In this document: piece after piece, positions 17,294 to 25,718 of the stretch
How positions within the stretch are numbered: the first letter of the stretch is position 1
Layout of the letters: every line of letters begins with the position of its first letter
DNA from: a virus
Lineage: Duplodnaviria > Heunggongvirae > Uroviricota > Caudoviricetes
IMG/VR virus record: IMGVR_UViG_3300044675_001501
Coordinates: 128,001 to 169,497 of that record
Direction: 5' to 3' (one strand)
DNA length: 41,497 bases
The notes under the pieces: generated by a model
Seen by the model: the letters and a program-made list of their open reading frames with translations, nothing else
The model's database searches: none
What the model was told of the DNA's origin: nothing
Position numbers and translations under genes: made by a program

Positions 17294-17956
17294 TTATTCT
17301 GAGATAAATTCCGTAGTCATAGGGAATACTTCAGCAATAACTTCTGCGCATGCCTTAGCAATTTCCATATGTTCCTTTTGCGTACCATTAGCGGAACGGA
17401 GTTCAATATAGTGAACCCAACTCCTCAAAGTTCCATTCATGTAAAGACGAGAGACAGTTAAACCTTCTGGTAAAACTGCTCTTGCTTGTTCTTTTGCGAT
17501 GCCATTATCAACAGCCCATTTATATGCTTCTCTTGCTGCAGATATAACATTTATTTGTTTAATTTTCCACTCATGTTCTAGCTCTTGATCCTCAGTCTCA
17601 ATACTGTTCTGTCTATTCTTAGGATCTTGTAGACGAGCTTCTCTAAGAGAAAAATCTAAATCTTTTGTTGGGTCAGCATAACGCTGAGAAAATTCTTGAA
17701 ACGAAAAAGAGCGATGACGTAACATTTGACGTGCAATGTCACGAGTAGTTTCAATTTCTAAGCAAGCACTTACCATCTCAAGAGGCGACCAGTGCTTGTG
17801 TTTGATTAAATAACGAATTAACTTTTCTGATGTTTCAGTATTTAACTGATTTGATGGATTACTAACTCGAGCGCAGAATGCGATTAATTCTTGAATATCA
17901 AGATTATCTCCCAATTCTTCTACCGCTTTAGAATAACTAATTAACTTCACATTCAT
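17294..17956 (-). CDS. thyX: Flavin-dependent thymidylate synthase
   Basis: HWSPLE and RHRSFSFQEFSQRY (RHRx7S) signature. Confidence 0.95.
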   Translation of the reverse strand: MNVKLISYSKAVEELGDNLDIQELIAFCARVSNPSNQLNTETSEKLIRYLIKHKHWSPLEMVSACLEIETTRDIARQMLRHRSFSFQEFSQRYADPTKDLDFSLREARLQDPKNRQNSIETEDQELEHEWKIKQINVISAAREAYKWAVDNGIAKEQARAVLPEGLTVSRLYMNGTLRSWVHYIELRSANGTQKEHMEIAKACAEVIAEVFPMTTEFISE

Positions 17957-18975
17957 ACTTTTCTCCAAGTTGCGAATCTAGCCAATGCATTTAAACCACT
18001 GTATGAGTTTTTATTTATGACGTCCAGGATTTCACTTTGCGTCATACCAGATAAAATCATCTCATTAATATCCTTTTGTTGGATTGTATCTGGAAACATA
18101 CATACAGTATAACCTACTTTAATATATTTTTCAAGCTGTTTAACAATGTCTTTGTTTCTTGGTTCATTATCCATAACAAGGACACAGTTAGTCTTAACCT
18201 TTTGAATCTCTAGAAGATCAAAAGAAGCGCCACTAACAGCAAGACAATTGGGAAGGAAAAGAGAATCAATTTGCCCTTCAACAACAAATACTTTCTTTCC
18301 CCAGTCGATCCTGTCCATACCATAAATTTTCTCCCTATCCTCATCAAGTTTAATCGTAATGTATTTCGGTTCTTCTTTACCGAATGCTCTTCCACTGTAT
18401 GCGAAGACCTTTCCTTCTGGTGTAAAGAAAGGGAATACCAAACGTGGAGCATCATTATCCTCATTAGTAAATTTGAACTTAATACTGTTCGACCATTTTT
18501 TAAATTTCTTACAAAAATAAATTAGATCGAGTTTATCCCTTGGGATTTTTCGATCTAAACAATACTGCACCGCAGGGTGAGTTTCGTCAAGTAAATCTAA
18601 CCTCTGAAGTTTAGACAAAACTTCATCCTCTAGTAACTCAGTTACCTGTTTCTCTTCTGGGATTACTGCGCTAATATCTTTGTGCGAGTTATATCTAACT
18701 GCACCAGACTTATATCGCTCGATCACATACTCATCATATAAATGTGTGTCTATCTGTTTGATCAGATTGCCAAGGTTTGAACCATAACCACAGTTATGAC
18801 ACTTGACAAACAAATCACTCTTCGCTCTATAAATGTATCCACGTGCTTTTATTTTATTCTTGGAACTGTCCCCACAGATAGGACAAGAAAAGTTCCAAAG
18901 ATAATCTTTCTTCTGCTTGAAATTCCTCAAACGAGATGAAAGCATGGATGCATATTTTGCGTCAATGAATAACAT
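17953..18975 (-). CDS. gp61: DNA primase (T4 gp61-like)
   Basis: Zn finger CPICGDS...CHNC, EPKYITIK, TOPRIM VEGQIDSLF, DNEPRN, KDINEM. Confidence 0.93.
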   Translation of the reverse strand: MLFIDAKYASMLSSRLRNFKQKKDYLWNFSCPICGDSSKNKIKARGYIYRAKSDLFVKCHNCGYGSNLGNLIKQIDTHLYDEYVIERYKSGAVRYNSHKDISAVIPEEKQVTELLEDEVLSKLQRLDLLDETHPAVQYCLDRKIPRDKLDLIYFCKKFKKWSNSIKFKFTNEDNDAPRLVFPFFTPEGKVFAYSGRAFGKEEPKYITIKLDEDREKIYGMDRIDWGKKVFVVEGQIDSLFLPNCLAVSGASFDLLEIQKVKTNCVLVMDNEPRNKDIVKQLEKYIKVGYTVCMFPDTIQQKDINEMILSGMTQSEILDVINKNSYSGLNALARFATWRKV

Positions 18976-19001
18976 AACAACTCCACAGTGAACATGATAT
19001 A

Positions 19002-19030
19002 ATTATACTACTATTTTAGATGTAAAGCAA
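19002..19030 (-). promoter_or_regulatory. Sigma70-type promoter for the primase-thyX-nrdA unit
   Basis: TTGCTT-N17-TATAAT, then GGAG RBS. Confidence 0.75.
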
Positions 19031-19031
19031 A

Positions 19032-19388
19032 TTACCCCAAAACTTTCAAGATTGTTGGGATTGCTGAAATAATCCAACCTGCAAGAACTGCGCCACCAAG
19101 AACCATCCACTTCCACTTTTCAAGAACACCAATTCTTCCATTGATTCTCTTGTCCATATCATTCATTCTTTGTAAGATTCCTTCATGCTGTTTATTTGCA
19201 TCATTAGATATGTCTACTAACTTTTCCATAATCTTTTCATTGCCCTCAGTAATTCTACCATGAACAACTTTCATTTCTTCTTTAAGTTCAGTAACATCTT
19301 CTTTTACAATTTCAACTGTCGTTTCAAGTTTAGCAACTTGAATCTCAACATTATCAACAGGTTCTCTTGCTGCAGCAACTCTAGCCAT
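19032..19388 (-). CDS. Coiled-coil protein with C-terminal TM helix (118 aa)
   Basis: Heptad N-terminus, LEKWKWMVLGGAVLAGWII tail; follows the spanin genes. Confidence 0.7.
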   Translation of the reverse strand: MARVAAAREPVDNVEIQVAKLETTVEIVKEDVTELKEEMKVVHGRITEGNEKIMEKLVDISNDANKQHEGILQRMNDMDKRINGRIGVLEKWKWMVLGGAVLAGWIISAIPTILKVLG

Positions 19389-19392
19389 TTTC

Positions 19393-19986
19393 TTAATTCC
19401 TATTGTAAATTTTTTCTTGTTCTTTTACCCACTCTTGTAGAGCTTTTAATTGCTCTCTTGTTTCGTGACAGGTTGTGTAGTTCCCTGCGACTGTTGTTGC
19501 GACGGTAGAGAGCGCAACTCCGCTGGGGTCTCCATCAGTGCTGCTGGAGGCTTTGGGAACTTCATTTTTACTGGCACTGTCGTGGAGCACGACGAAACCG
19601 TTAGGCACATCGCACTTAGCATCAGACTCTTTAGAAATAAACTCTGGCACTTTTTGAATGATAACATCACCTTTCTCCTTGACAACTACCAATTTATCTT
19701 TATACTTTGTTACAATCTTTTCAGTAACTTCGGCTGATTCTTGTTCTTTCTTCGCTACTTCTTCTTTGAATCTTTCAACTTCTGCTAGATATTCTCTCTG
19801 TGTCCATAGTCCACCAGTAATAAAAATACCAGCTGTAAATAATAACACACCAATAATTCTAGGAACAAATCTAGGAACTAATGGATGATTAACAAACAAA
19901 TAAGTTAAAAAACCTACGACCACTAGAGCGCCAGCGACTGCCTGGAACACCCACATTGGTAGTAGGTTTAGCATGAACATTAACAC
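19393..19986 (-). CDS. Inner-membrane spanin (Rz-like)
   Basis: N-terminal TM segments, coiled coil, IVTKYKD, CDVPNGFVVLHD, NYTTCH...LKALQEWV; contains a nested lipoprotein ORF. Confidence 0.8.
   Translation of the reverse strand: MLMFMLNLLPMWVFQAVAGALVVVGFLTYLFVNHPLVPRFVPRIIGVLLFTAGIFITGGLWTQREYLAEVERFKEEVAKKEQESAEVTEKIVTKYKDKLVVVKEKGDVIIQKVPEFISKESDAKCDVPNGFVVLHDSASKNEVPKASSSTDGDPSGVALSTVATTVAGNYTTCHETREQLKALQEWVKEQEKIYNRN
19446..19667 (-). CDS. Outer-membrane spanin lipoprotein (Rz1-like), embedded in the i-spanin gene
   Basis: Alternate frame MLSFKKCQSLFLKSLMLSAMCLTVSS-C lipobox, then Pro-rich STTVPVKMKFPKPPAALMETPAEL. Confidence 0.75.
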   Translation of the reverse strand: MLSFKKCQSLFLKSLMLSAMCLTVSSCSTTVPVKMKFPKPPAALMETPAELRSLPSQQQSQGTTQPVTKQESN

Positions 19987-20679
19987 TTAGAACTCCTCTA
20001 TTCTTGTCACCTGTAATGAGTTATCAAATTTAATTAGTTTAGTAGTCTCTTCACTCTTTAGAACCAAAATAGCATTTGGGTTCTTCTCAACATACTCATA
20101 GATCTTTAACATTTCCTGATCATTAAAGTCTAAGCATTCGCCAATATCAACTGGCTTCTTTTTCTTTTGAAATCTTCTAACAATGTCATTACCAACCTTG
20201 AAAGAACCGTATCTCTTTCCAAGTTTATTAACTCTTACTACTGGTTCATTAGTTGCTACTCCTGCTCCAGTAACATTAGCAACTTCTTCCAAGATCTCTT
20301 TTAGAAGAAGTTCTTCCTCAACAAATACAATATTCTCTAGATTAATCTTTTGAAGTATTGTCTTAAAGTTTTCTTCGAGCTTCGTTGGATTAATTCGCAT
20401 CTCATAAGATTCTTTAACCAACCAGAAAGCTGCGACGATAGACTTTAATTTACTCTCACCACCAGGAAGGCGATTAAGAATTCTTTTAACATTAAACACT
20501 AATCTATGAAGATATGTATATGCATCTTTCTCATCAACAGTCTTTAAAGAACTTGTCTTCTTTAAGTTATTACCTTTATCGTCAATGATTCCCAACTTAT
20601 ATGCTTTGGTCTCTTTGAATGGAGTAACTAGCATATAGAGCAATCTAAAAGCGATTAAGTTGTCAACAATTTTTGACAT
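19987..20679 (-). CDS. Conserved T4-like protein (gp61.1-like N-terminus)
   Basis: AFRLLYMLVTPFKETKAYKLGIIDDKG...YTYLHRLVFNVKRIL resembles the family found upstream of primase in T4-like phages (from recall). Confidence 0.55.
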   Translation of the reverse strand: MSKIVDNLIAFRLLYMLVTPFKETKAYKLGIIDDKGNNLKKTSSLKTVDEKDAYTYLHRLVFNVKRILNRLPGGESKLKSIVAAFWLVKESYEMRINPTKLEENFKTILQKINLENIVFVEEELLLKEILEEVANVTGAGVATNEPVVRVNKLGKRYGSFKVGNDIVRRFQKKKKPVDIGECLDFNDQEMLKIYEYVEKNPNAILVLKSEETTKLIKFDNSLQVTRIEEF

Positions 20680-21075
20680 TTATATTTTCCTTAGAGCCTG
20701 TATCATACCTTCATCTAGTGGGATATCTGAAAGTTTAACATCAGTATCTGGTATTTCTTCTGGCATTCTATTTAGATATAACAAAACAGTTGCCAGAATA
20801 TCCCAGTATTTCTTATCTATTTTATAGAACAACATTTTAGTTGCGGCATCACCAAAAACATTGTAAAGGATAATGATGTGATTCAATATCAATCTTTCTC
20901 TTAACTCATTATTAGTTCTGTATCTAGTGCAGAGTTTTTTAATGTAGAGAAATCTCTTCAAATCATCTTCGAATTCTTGTACGCTATGACATTGTGGGTT
21001 GTCATAATTGTGCATAGCGTACAAGACAAAGTTATCCTCACTCAACTTTTGATTCAGCAGCGTCAACTTTTTCAT
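20680..21075 (-). CDS. Conserved T4-like hypothetical protein (131 aa)
   Basis: NFVLYAMHNYDNPQC...EFEDDLKRF...ERLILNHIIILYNVFG. Confidence 0.75.
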   Translation of the reverse strand: MKKLTLLNQKLSEDNFVLYAMHNYDNPQCHSVQEFEDDLKRFLYIKKLCTRYRTNNELRERLILNHIIILYNVFGDAATKMLFYKIDKKYWDILATVLLYLNRMPEEIPDTDVKLSDIPLDEGMIQALRKI

Positions 21076-21253
21076 CCTTACTTAGTTCAGCTAGAATCTT
21101 TTCAGCTTGCTGTAAAGCTCCGCTTAATAAAGTAATTTCGGCTTGCAAGTTTCCAATCGCAGCACGATACTCTTCGAGTTTCGATTTGTTTTGTTGAATA
21201 CTCGCTTTATATTTTTCAATATCAGCCTTTAATGTATTTTGAATCTCATTCAT
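21038..21253 (-). CDS. Small coiled-coil protein (71 aa)
   Basis: Continuous heptad pattern; GAGG RBS. Confidence 0.65.
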   Translation of the reverse strand: MNEIQNTLKADIEKYKASIQQNKSKLEEYRAAIGNLQAEITLLSGALQQAEKILAELSKDEKVDAAESKVE

Positions 21254-21272
21254 AACGAAACCTCATTTCTAA

Positions 21273-21872
21273 TTAAGTTGTTGTATAACCATTACCACCA
21301 AGGATGTGCCATGCGTTAGCAAGGTAAATCAAAGTAACTGATTCACCAGCTGCGTTTAGAACGATGGTTGCATAACCATTACGCTGAGTTGGTGTAATTG
21401 TAACAGTTTGAGTTGCTGTCAACACCAAGTGCTTAACTTGACCAGCAACACCTGCTGCGATAGACAATGAAGATGTACCGTCAACAGAAACAACAGTAAC
21501 TGCTTTGGTTAGATCAACTGCAATGTTTGAACCAGAACCAGTAATAGTTTCTGGAGTTTGGTTTAGGCGAACGAAACCGCCAGAGATAGCAAGGTTACCA
21601 GCTACGTCTGCTTTTTCAGATGGAGCATTGGTACCGAAACCTACACGGTTGGTTGATGCGTCAACAAACATAGTATTCGCATCGGTGTCACCACGGAATT
21701 GAACATCGTTTGCTGGGTTTTGAACTTGGTTGAAGATAACTGGAGTGTTAAGGTTTCCTAAGAAATTCTCAACAGTTAGTTTCTTATTTGTACCACCCTG
21801 AACAATAGGGATTAAGTCTGCGGAAGCTGCGCTTGTTGCTGCGGTTAGTTCCGAAATTTTCTGATCTGCCAT
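21273..21872 (-). CDS. Fibre/virion structural-like protein (199 aa)
   Basis: MADQKISELTAA N-terminus, RVGFGTNAPSEKADVAG fibre-like motif, T/A/G-rich composition; GGAG RBS. Confidence 0.6.
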   Translation of the reverse strand: MADQKISELTAATSAASADLIPIVQGGTNKKLTVENFLGNLNTPVIFNQVQNPANDVQFRGDTDANTMFVDASTNRVGFGTNAPSEKADVAGNLAISGGFVRLNQTPETITGSGSNIAVDLTKAVTVVSVDGTSSLSIAAGVAGQVKHLVLTATQTVTITPTQRNGYATIVLNAAGESVTLIYLANAWHILGGNGYTTT

Positions 21873-21909
21873 TTATTTTCTCCTATTCGATTATAATGGA
21901 CTTAAAAAT

Positions 21910-21935
21910 TGGGATGCTTTGTAACAAACATCCCA
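21910..21935 (-). terminator. Hairpin with T-tract
   Basis: Minus strand TGGGATGTTTG-TTA-CAAAGCATCCCA-ATTTTT. Confidence 0.55.
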
Positions 21936-21959
21936 CACCTCTAGGTATGATATTTAGTA

Positions 21960-22526
21960 TTAGCTTACGAAGGTTAGTGTTGCTACGTTAGATGTAACTT
22001 CTGAAGCACCACCTGCCGATGTAATCTTAACACGATACTGGTCGCCACTGTTACCAACAAGTTGACCAGTTAAAGCCAATGATGCGGATGTCGCACCAGA
22101 TACGTTAGTCCAACGAGTTGAACCAACTGCTTTCTTCTGCCACTGATATGCTAATGCACCACCACCAGAAGAAACTGCCGCAGTAACTGAGAAAGTTGCT
22201 CCACCACTGCTGGTGTTCTGATCAGCTGGCTGACTGCTGATAGTAATGGTATATGTAGCATCTGCTGCTTTAGTGTCATCAGCACGATCACCAGCGTTAG
22301 CTGCTGTTTCTGCCATTGCTACTAAGCATTCTGTTTTATAACGTGTAGCTCCTGCTGCGTCAGTATAGGTGCTGTATAACCACCAACCTGCGCCAGTGAT
22401 ACCACGCTTCTTATTTGTTTCTTGCTGTGCTTCGGTAATATCTACAAAAATTGCCTTAGCAAGATCTGCAGTGCCCAAGTATTTTGGACGAGAAGCATCA
22501 GCGTCTGTTTTACCCCATAGTGCCAT
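21960..22526 (-). CDS. Ig-like domain virion protein (188 aa)
   Basis: ITISSQPAD...ATFSVTA...LAYQWQKK...GDQYRVKIT...SNVATLT Ig I-set pattern. Confidence 0.75.
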   Translation of the reverse strand: MALWGKTDADASRPKYLGTADLAKAIFVDITEAQQETNKKRGITGAGWWLYSTYTDAAGATRYKTECLVAMAETAANAGDRADDTKAADATYTITISSQPADQNTSSGGATFSVTAAVSSGGGALAYQWQKKAVGSTRWTNVSGATSASLALTGQLVGNSGDQYRVKITSAGGASEVTSNVATLTFVS

Positions 22527-22555
22527 TTGTTATCTCCTTGAAATGGATTGTATTA

Positions 22556-24247
22556 TTATTTAGGCTGTCTTCTTTTATAAGAGCCTACTGTTGACCCAGC
22601 CTTACGACCTCTTTTCTTTGGCTCTTCGTCATCGCCAGTTTCGCTCTTCTCATACTCACTCTTGCCACGATACCCATATGGCTTTAGTCTGCCAGTCTTA
22701 GGATCGATAGCATCATCGGAAGAGCTCTTAGGTCTTGGGTTTGCTTTTGCATGTTTCTGCATAGACTTTAGTAGATTGATGTCGAGTTCATCAATTCTTT
22801 CAGATTCATCTAATTCTTCTTCCTCTTTAACAGGAACACAGTTAGGAACCTTCTTTCCATTTTTCATCTTCATGCCAACTGCGGTATAACCTTTCCAGCA
22901 TGCATCTTTTAGGTCACCACTCGCTTTAGCGACTTCGTCTAATTCAGTTTCTTCTGGAAGTTTAGTATATAACTCTTCCATAAATTGTTTGTAAGATTTC
23001 ATTTCTACTCCTTCTTTCTTCATTCTGTCTGCTTGTAATTTTGCTGCGATTGCCATTTGGCGACGCTTCTCTTTACTCTTACCTGCAAACTGAGGAGCAT
23101 CTGATTTTTGGAAGTCTTTAATAACATCACCCATGTCAGCCTTAGACATGTTCATCTTTTCATCTAGTTCAGATTCTTCTTTACGCATCTTTGAAAGAAC
23201 CTCACCAGCCTTCTTTTGTTTTTGCGCTTGGTATTCTTTTTCTTTCTTGATTACATTTTTTACTATACCAACTGCACCGACAACAGCGCTTCCGATACCT
23301 TCATCTATCTCAACTTCTTCATTCTGAGACTTAGGTAAGGTGGAAGTTACTTTAAACTTGTGTAGTTTACCATCGCCAAGTTCTTTGTGCGCTTGAATGT
23401 GAACTTCCTTACCGTCGTTCTTCTTAACAACACCATGCATCTTGTCGCCAGTCTTGCTTGCGTAGAAGTCAACACCCTTACCACTAACTTTATGAATATC
23501 CATCTTAGCGTGATCTGGATGCATCACACCTTGCGAAGCATACTCACGACCATTGATAAACTTCTCATCTAAACCAGTTTCTTCTTTTAGATCACTATGG
23601 TTAACAACAGTTTTTCCACCATTGTTTGCTCCATGAAGATGAACTTTGTCGCCCATTCGTTTAGCTGTCCAGTGACGACCAGTCTCATCTTTGAACTTAT
23701 GTTCTTGATTGTCTTTTAATTTAGCAATTGCTTGATGGTGTTCTGGATGTAGAGGAACTGAAAATTCAGAACCATGGTGAACAGTTTTCATCGTTCCCCA
23801 TGAATACTTTTTAGTTTCGACTTTACCCTCACCCTTATGCATTGCTTCTTTTATATTATGTGGCTTATCTTTATAGACTGTCCCTAGATGCTTAGCACCT
23901 GCGCTTCGTAAAGAGTTACGACCACTAGAATTCATTGTATGATTTACATCATATCCACCAGATTTGTGCTTATAAATTTCGATTCCATCATCAGGATCTC
24001 TATGCGTTTTAACCTTTCCACTAGCGTAATCAGTAGCAGATTTTAGATCTTTAAATGGAGCAGCTTCATAAACTGTCTCTTCCATAGTAACTGAATTACA
24101 CTTTGGGCAACCACAGCCACAACCTGTTTCGGTTTCTTCTTTTTTCATTTTACGAAGAAGTTTAAAGTCGTGGGAATCAACCTTCCCATTCTTATTTGCG
24201 TCAATCTTATGTTGATTGCCTTTAAGCATCTCTGAAAATCTTTTCAT
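22556..24247 (-). CDS. Modular charged protein, internal head protein-like (563 aa)
   Basis: MKRFSEML start, internal MKSYKQFMEE, many LDE/IDE/LKE/IKE sites separating basic modules, CWKGY...PNCVP module. Confidence 0.65.
   Translation of the reverse strand: MKRFSEMLKGNQHKIDANKNGKVDSHDFKLLRKMKKEETETGCGCGCPKCNSVTMEETVYEAAPFKDLKSATDYASGKVKTHRDPDDGIEIYKHKSGGYDVNHTMNSSGRNSLRSAGAKHLGTVYKDKPHNIKEAMHKGEGKVETKKYSWGTMKTVHHGSEFSVPLHPEHHQAIAKLKDNQEHKFKDETGRHWTAKRMGDKVHLHGANNGGKTVVNHSDLKEETGLDEKFINGREYASQGVMHPDHAKMDIHKVSGKGVDFYASKTGDKMHGVVKKNDGKEVHIQAHKELGDGKLHKFKVTSTLPKSQNEEVEIDEGIGSAVVGAVGIVKNVIKKEKEYQAQKQKKAGEVLSKMRKEESELDEKMNMSKADMGDVIKDFQKSDAPQFAGKSKEKRRQMAIAAKLQADRMKKEGVEMKSYKQFMEELYTKLPEETELDEVAKASGDLKDACWKGYTAVGMKMKNGKKVPNCVPVKEEEELDESERIDELDINLLKSMQKHAKANPRPKSSSDDAIDPKTGRLKPYGYRGKSEYEKSETGDDEEPKKRGRKAGSTVGSYKRRQPK
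22557..22563 (-). promoter_or_regulatory. Late promoter variant CTAAATA
   Basis: CCTAAATA overlapping the upstream stop, about 30 nt before the Ig-protein start; the same variant occurs at 21951, 31821 and 32582. Confidence 0.5.
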
Positions 24248-24248
24248 T

Positions 24249-24698
24249 TTATTCCCCTGATCCCTTTAAATGTGCTCTAATCATCCAAGCATGTTTCTTA
24301 TGAGTATCTATTCTTCCAGCAACAAAGTCAGCAATACCATGCTCTTTTTGCGCTTCTGCTATCTCGAACAACTTATTTAGACTATCAATTACTTTGTCGT
24401 TTGCTTCTGCTAAGTTTGAGAGCATCTCTCTACAGCTCGCAGGTTTCGTTGAGTCTTCATCAATAAGTTTGTAATTATACAGTTCCATTAAACTTACTGG
24501 AGCATATGCGCCAATAATTCTAACTCTTTCTGCAATCTCATCAACTGAGCCATGAACATCTGCATAGATATCACCGAAGAAGTCATGTAACATAGCGAAA
24601 CGATCGCTCTCTACATTCCAATGATAGGAATGCGCTTTAAAATACATAACGAACTTGTTCGCTAGTACAATTCTTAATGCCATTAATAATTCATTCAT
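24249..24698 (-). CDS. dps: Dps/ferritin-like protein
   Basis: KAHSYHWNV, LHDFF, VDEIAERVRIIG, HAWMI ferroxidase-centre motifs. Confidence 0.9.
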   Translation of the reverse strand: MNELLMALRIVLANKFVMYFKAHSYHWNVESDRFAMLHDFFGDIYADVHGSVDEIAERVRIIGAYAPVSLMELYNYKLIDEDSTKPASCREMLSNLAEANDKVIDSLNKLFEIAEAQKEHGIADFVAGRIDTHKKHAWMIRAHLKGSGE

Positions 24699-24699
24699 A

Positions 24700-25188
24700 T
24701 TAACTTCCCACTGCGTTAGGGTTATCGTATGCACCAAACTGCGCTTCTTCTAGTTTAGATGCCCATCCTTCTTTTCTTAATCTTATAATACAATGTCCTG
24801 GTCCATCAAAGATTACTCTAATATCTTTATTGGCATAAACACGGTCTGAGAAATCAGCACCACCAAAGTCATGGTACCCTGCTCCAACAAAATAGTAATG
24901 ATTATGTAATGTTGGTACAGCTGGATCTATAATTCTTGTAAGGTCTAATTGTTTATTATTCTTCAATCCCCACCAGATTCCAGTAATCATAACTCTAGAA
25001 CCAGTATAGTCGAAGAAACCACCACCAGTTTCATTCGGTACAGATGTTGGGGCTACATACGCCTGAGATGCAGATTTAGTGCAGTCATTCTGAACACTAA
25101 TATCAATAGATCCACCGTCAGAAGTTGTTGTATAACACTTAAAGATTATTTCATAATCAGTGTTTTTTAAGATGTGTTTTAGCGCCAT
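24700..25188 (-). CDS. Hypothetical protein (162 aa)
   Basis: ORF in the gene run, 2 nt after the upstream stop. Confidence 0.65.
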   Translation of the reverse strand: MALKHILKNTDYEIIFKCYTTTSDGGSIDISVQNDCTKSASQAYVAPTSVPNETGGGFFDYTGSRVMITGIWWGLKNNKQLDLTRIIDPAVPTLHNHYYFVGAGYHDFGGADFSDRVYANKDIRVIFDGPGHCIIRLRKEGWASKLEEAQFGAYDNPNAVGS

Positions 25189-25190
25189 GA

Positions 25191-25718
25191 TTAGCAGTCC
25201 CAAGCTCTACGAGACCAGTAATTAGCACTAGTCTTGTCGTTTAAATTTCCTTGACCAGAAGATCTAGCGCAATAACTTCTTTTTCTTGCTGGTATATTTT
25301 TCTTTATTGAAAGATTTTTGTCGCCGAAGTTTACCTTCTGCGCCTTACCGTCACCATCTGGATCAACATATACTTTTGACTTCTTAACATCACCCTTCAT
25401 TGGTTTGTTAAGAGGAACAGTCTTTCCCTGATATGTTGCTTCATCAAGATCTAGTTCCTCATGCATCATACCAACATGTTCAGAACCATGAACCTTGTAA
25501 CCCTTCTTTCTAAAGTGGGCTTCACCACGCTTCTTGGCTTCTTCTTCACTATCATTGTGATGAGTAACACGAACAAATTTCTCTTTAGTCTCATCACGCT
25601 TAGAAACCATTGGATGGTCTGGCTCAGAAACTGTTACAGAAATGCGATGAACTTTTGGGGCTGGTGCAACTGGAGCCTGTTCCTCAACAGTTGACACCCA
25701 ATCTGTAAATGAAATCAT
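25191..25718 (-). CDS. Hypothetical virion-associated protein with basic C-terminal module
   Basis: KVNFGD...PARKRSYCAR...SANYWSRRAW module common in aquatic phages; MISFTDWV N-terminus; LDE junction. Confidence 0.7.
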   Translation of the reverse strand: MISFTDWVSTVEEQAPVAPAPKVHRISVTVSEPDHPMVSKRDETKEKFVRVTHHNDSEEEAKKRGEAHFRKKGYKVHGSEHVGMMHEELDLDEATYQGKTVPLNKPMKGDVKKSKVYVDPDGDGKAQKVNFGDKNLSIKKNIPARKRSYCARSSGQGNLNDKTSANYWSRRAWDC

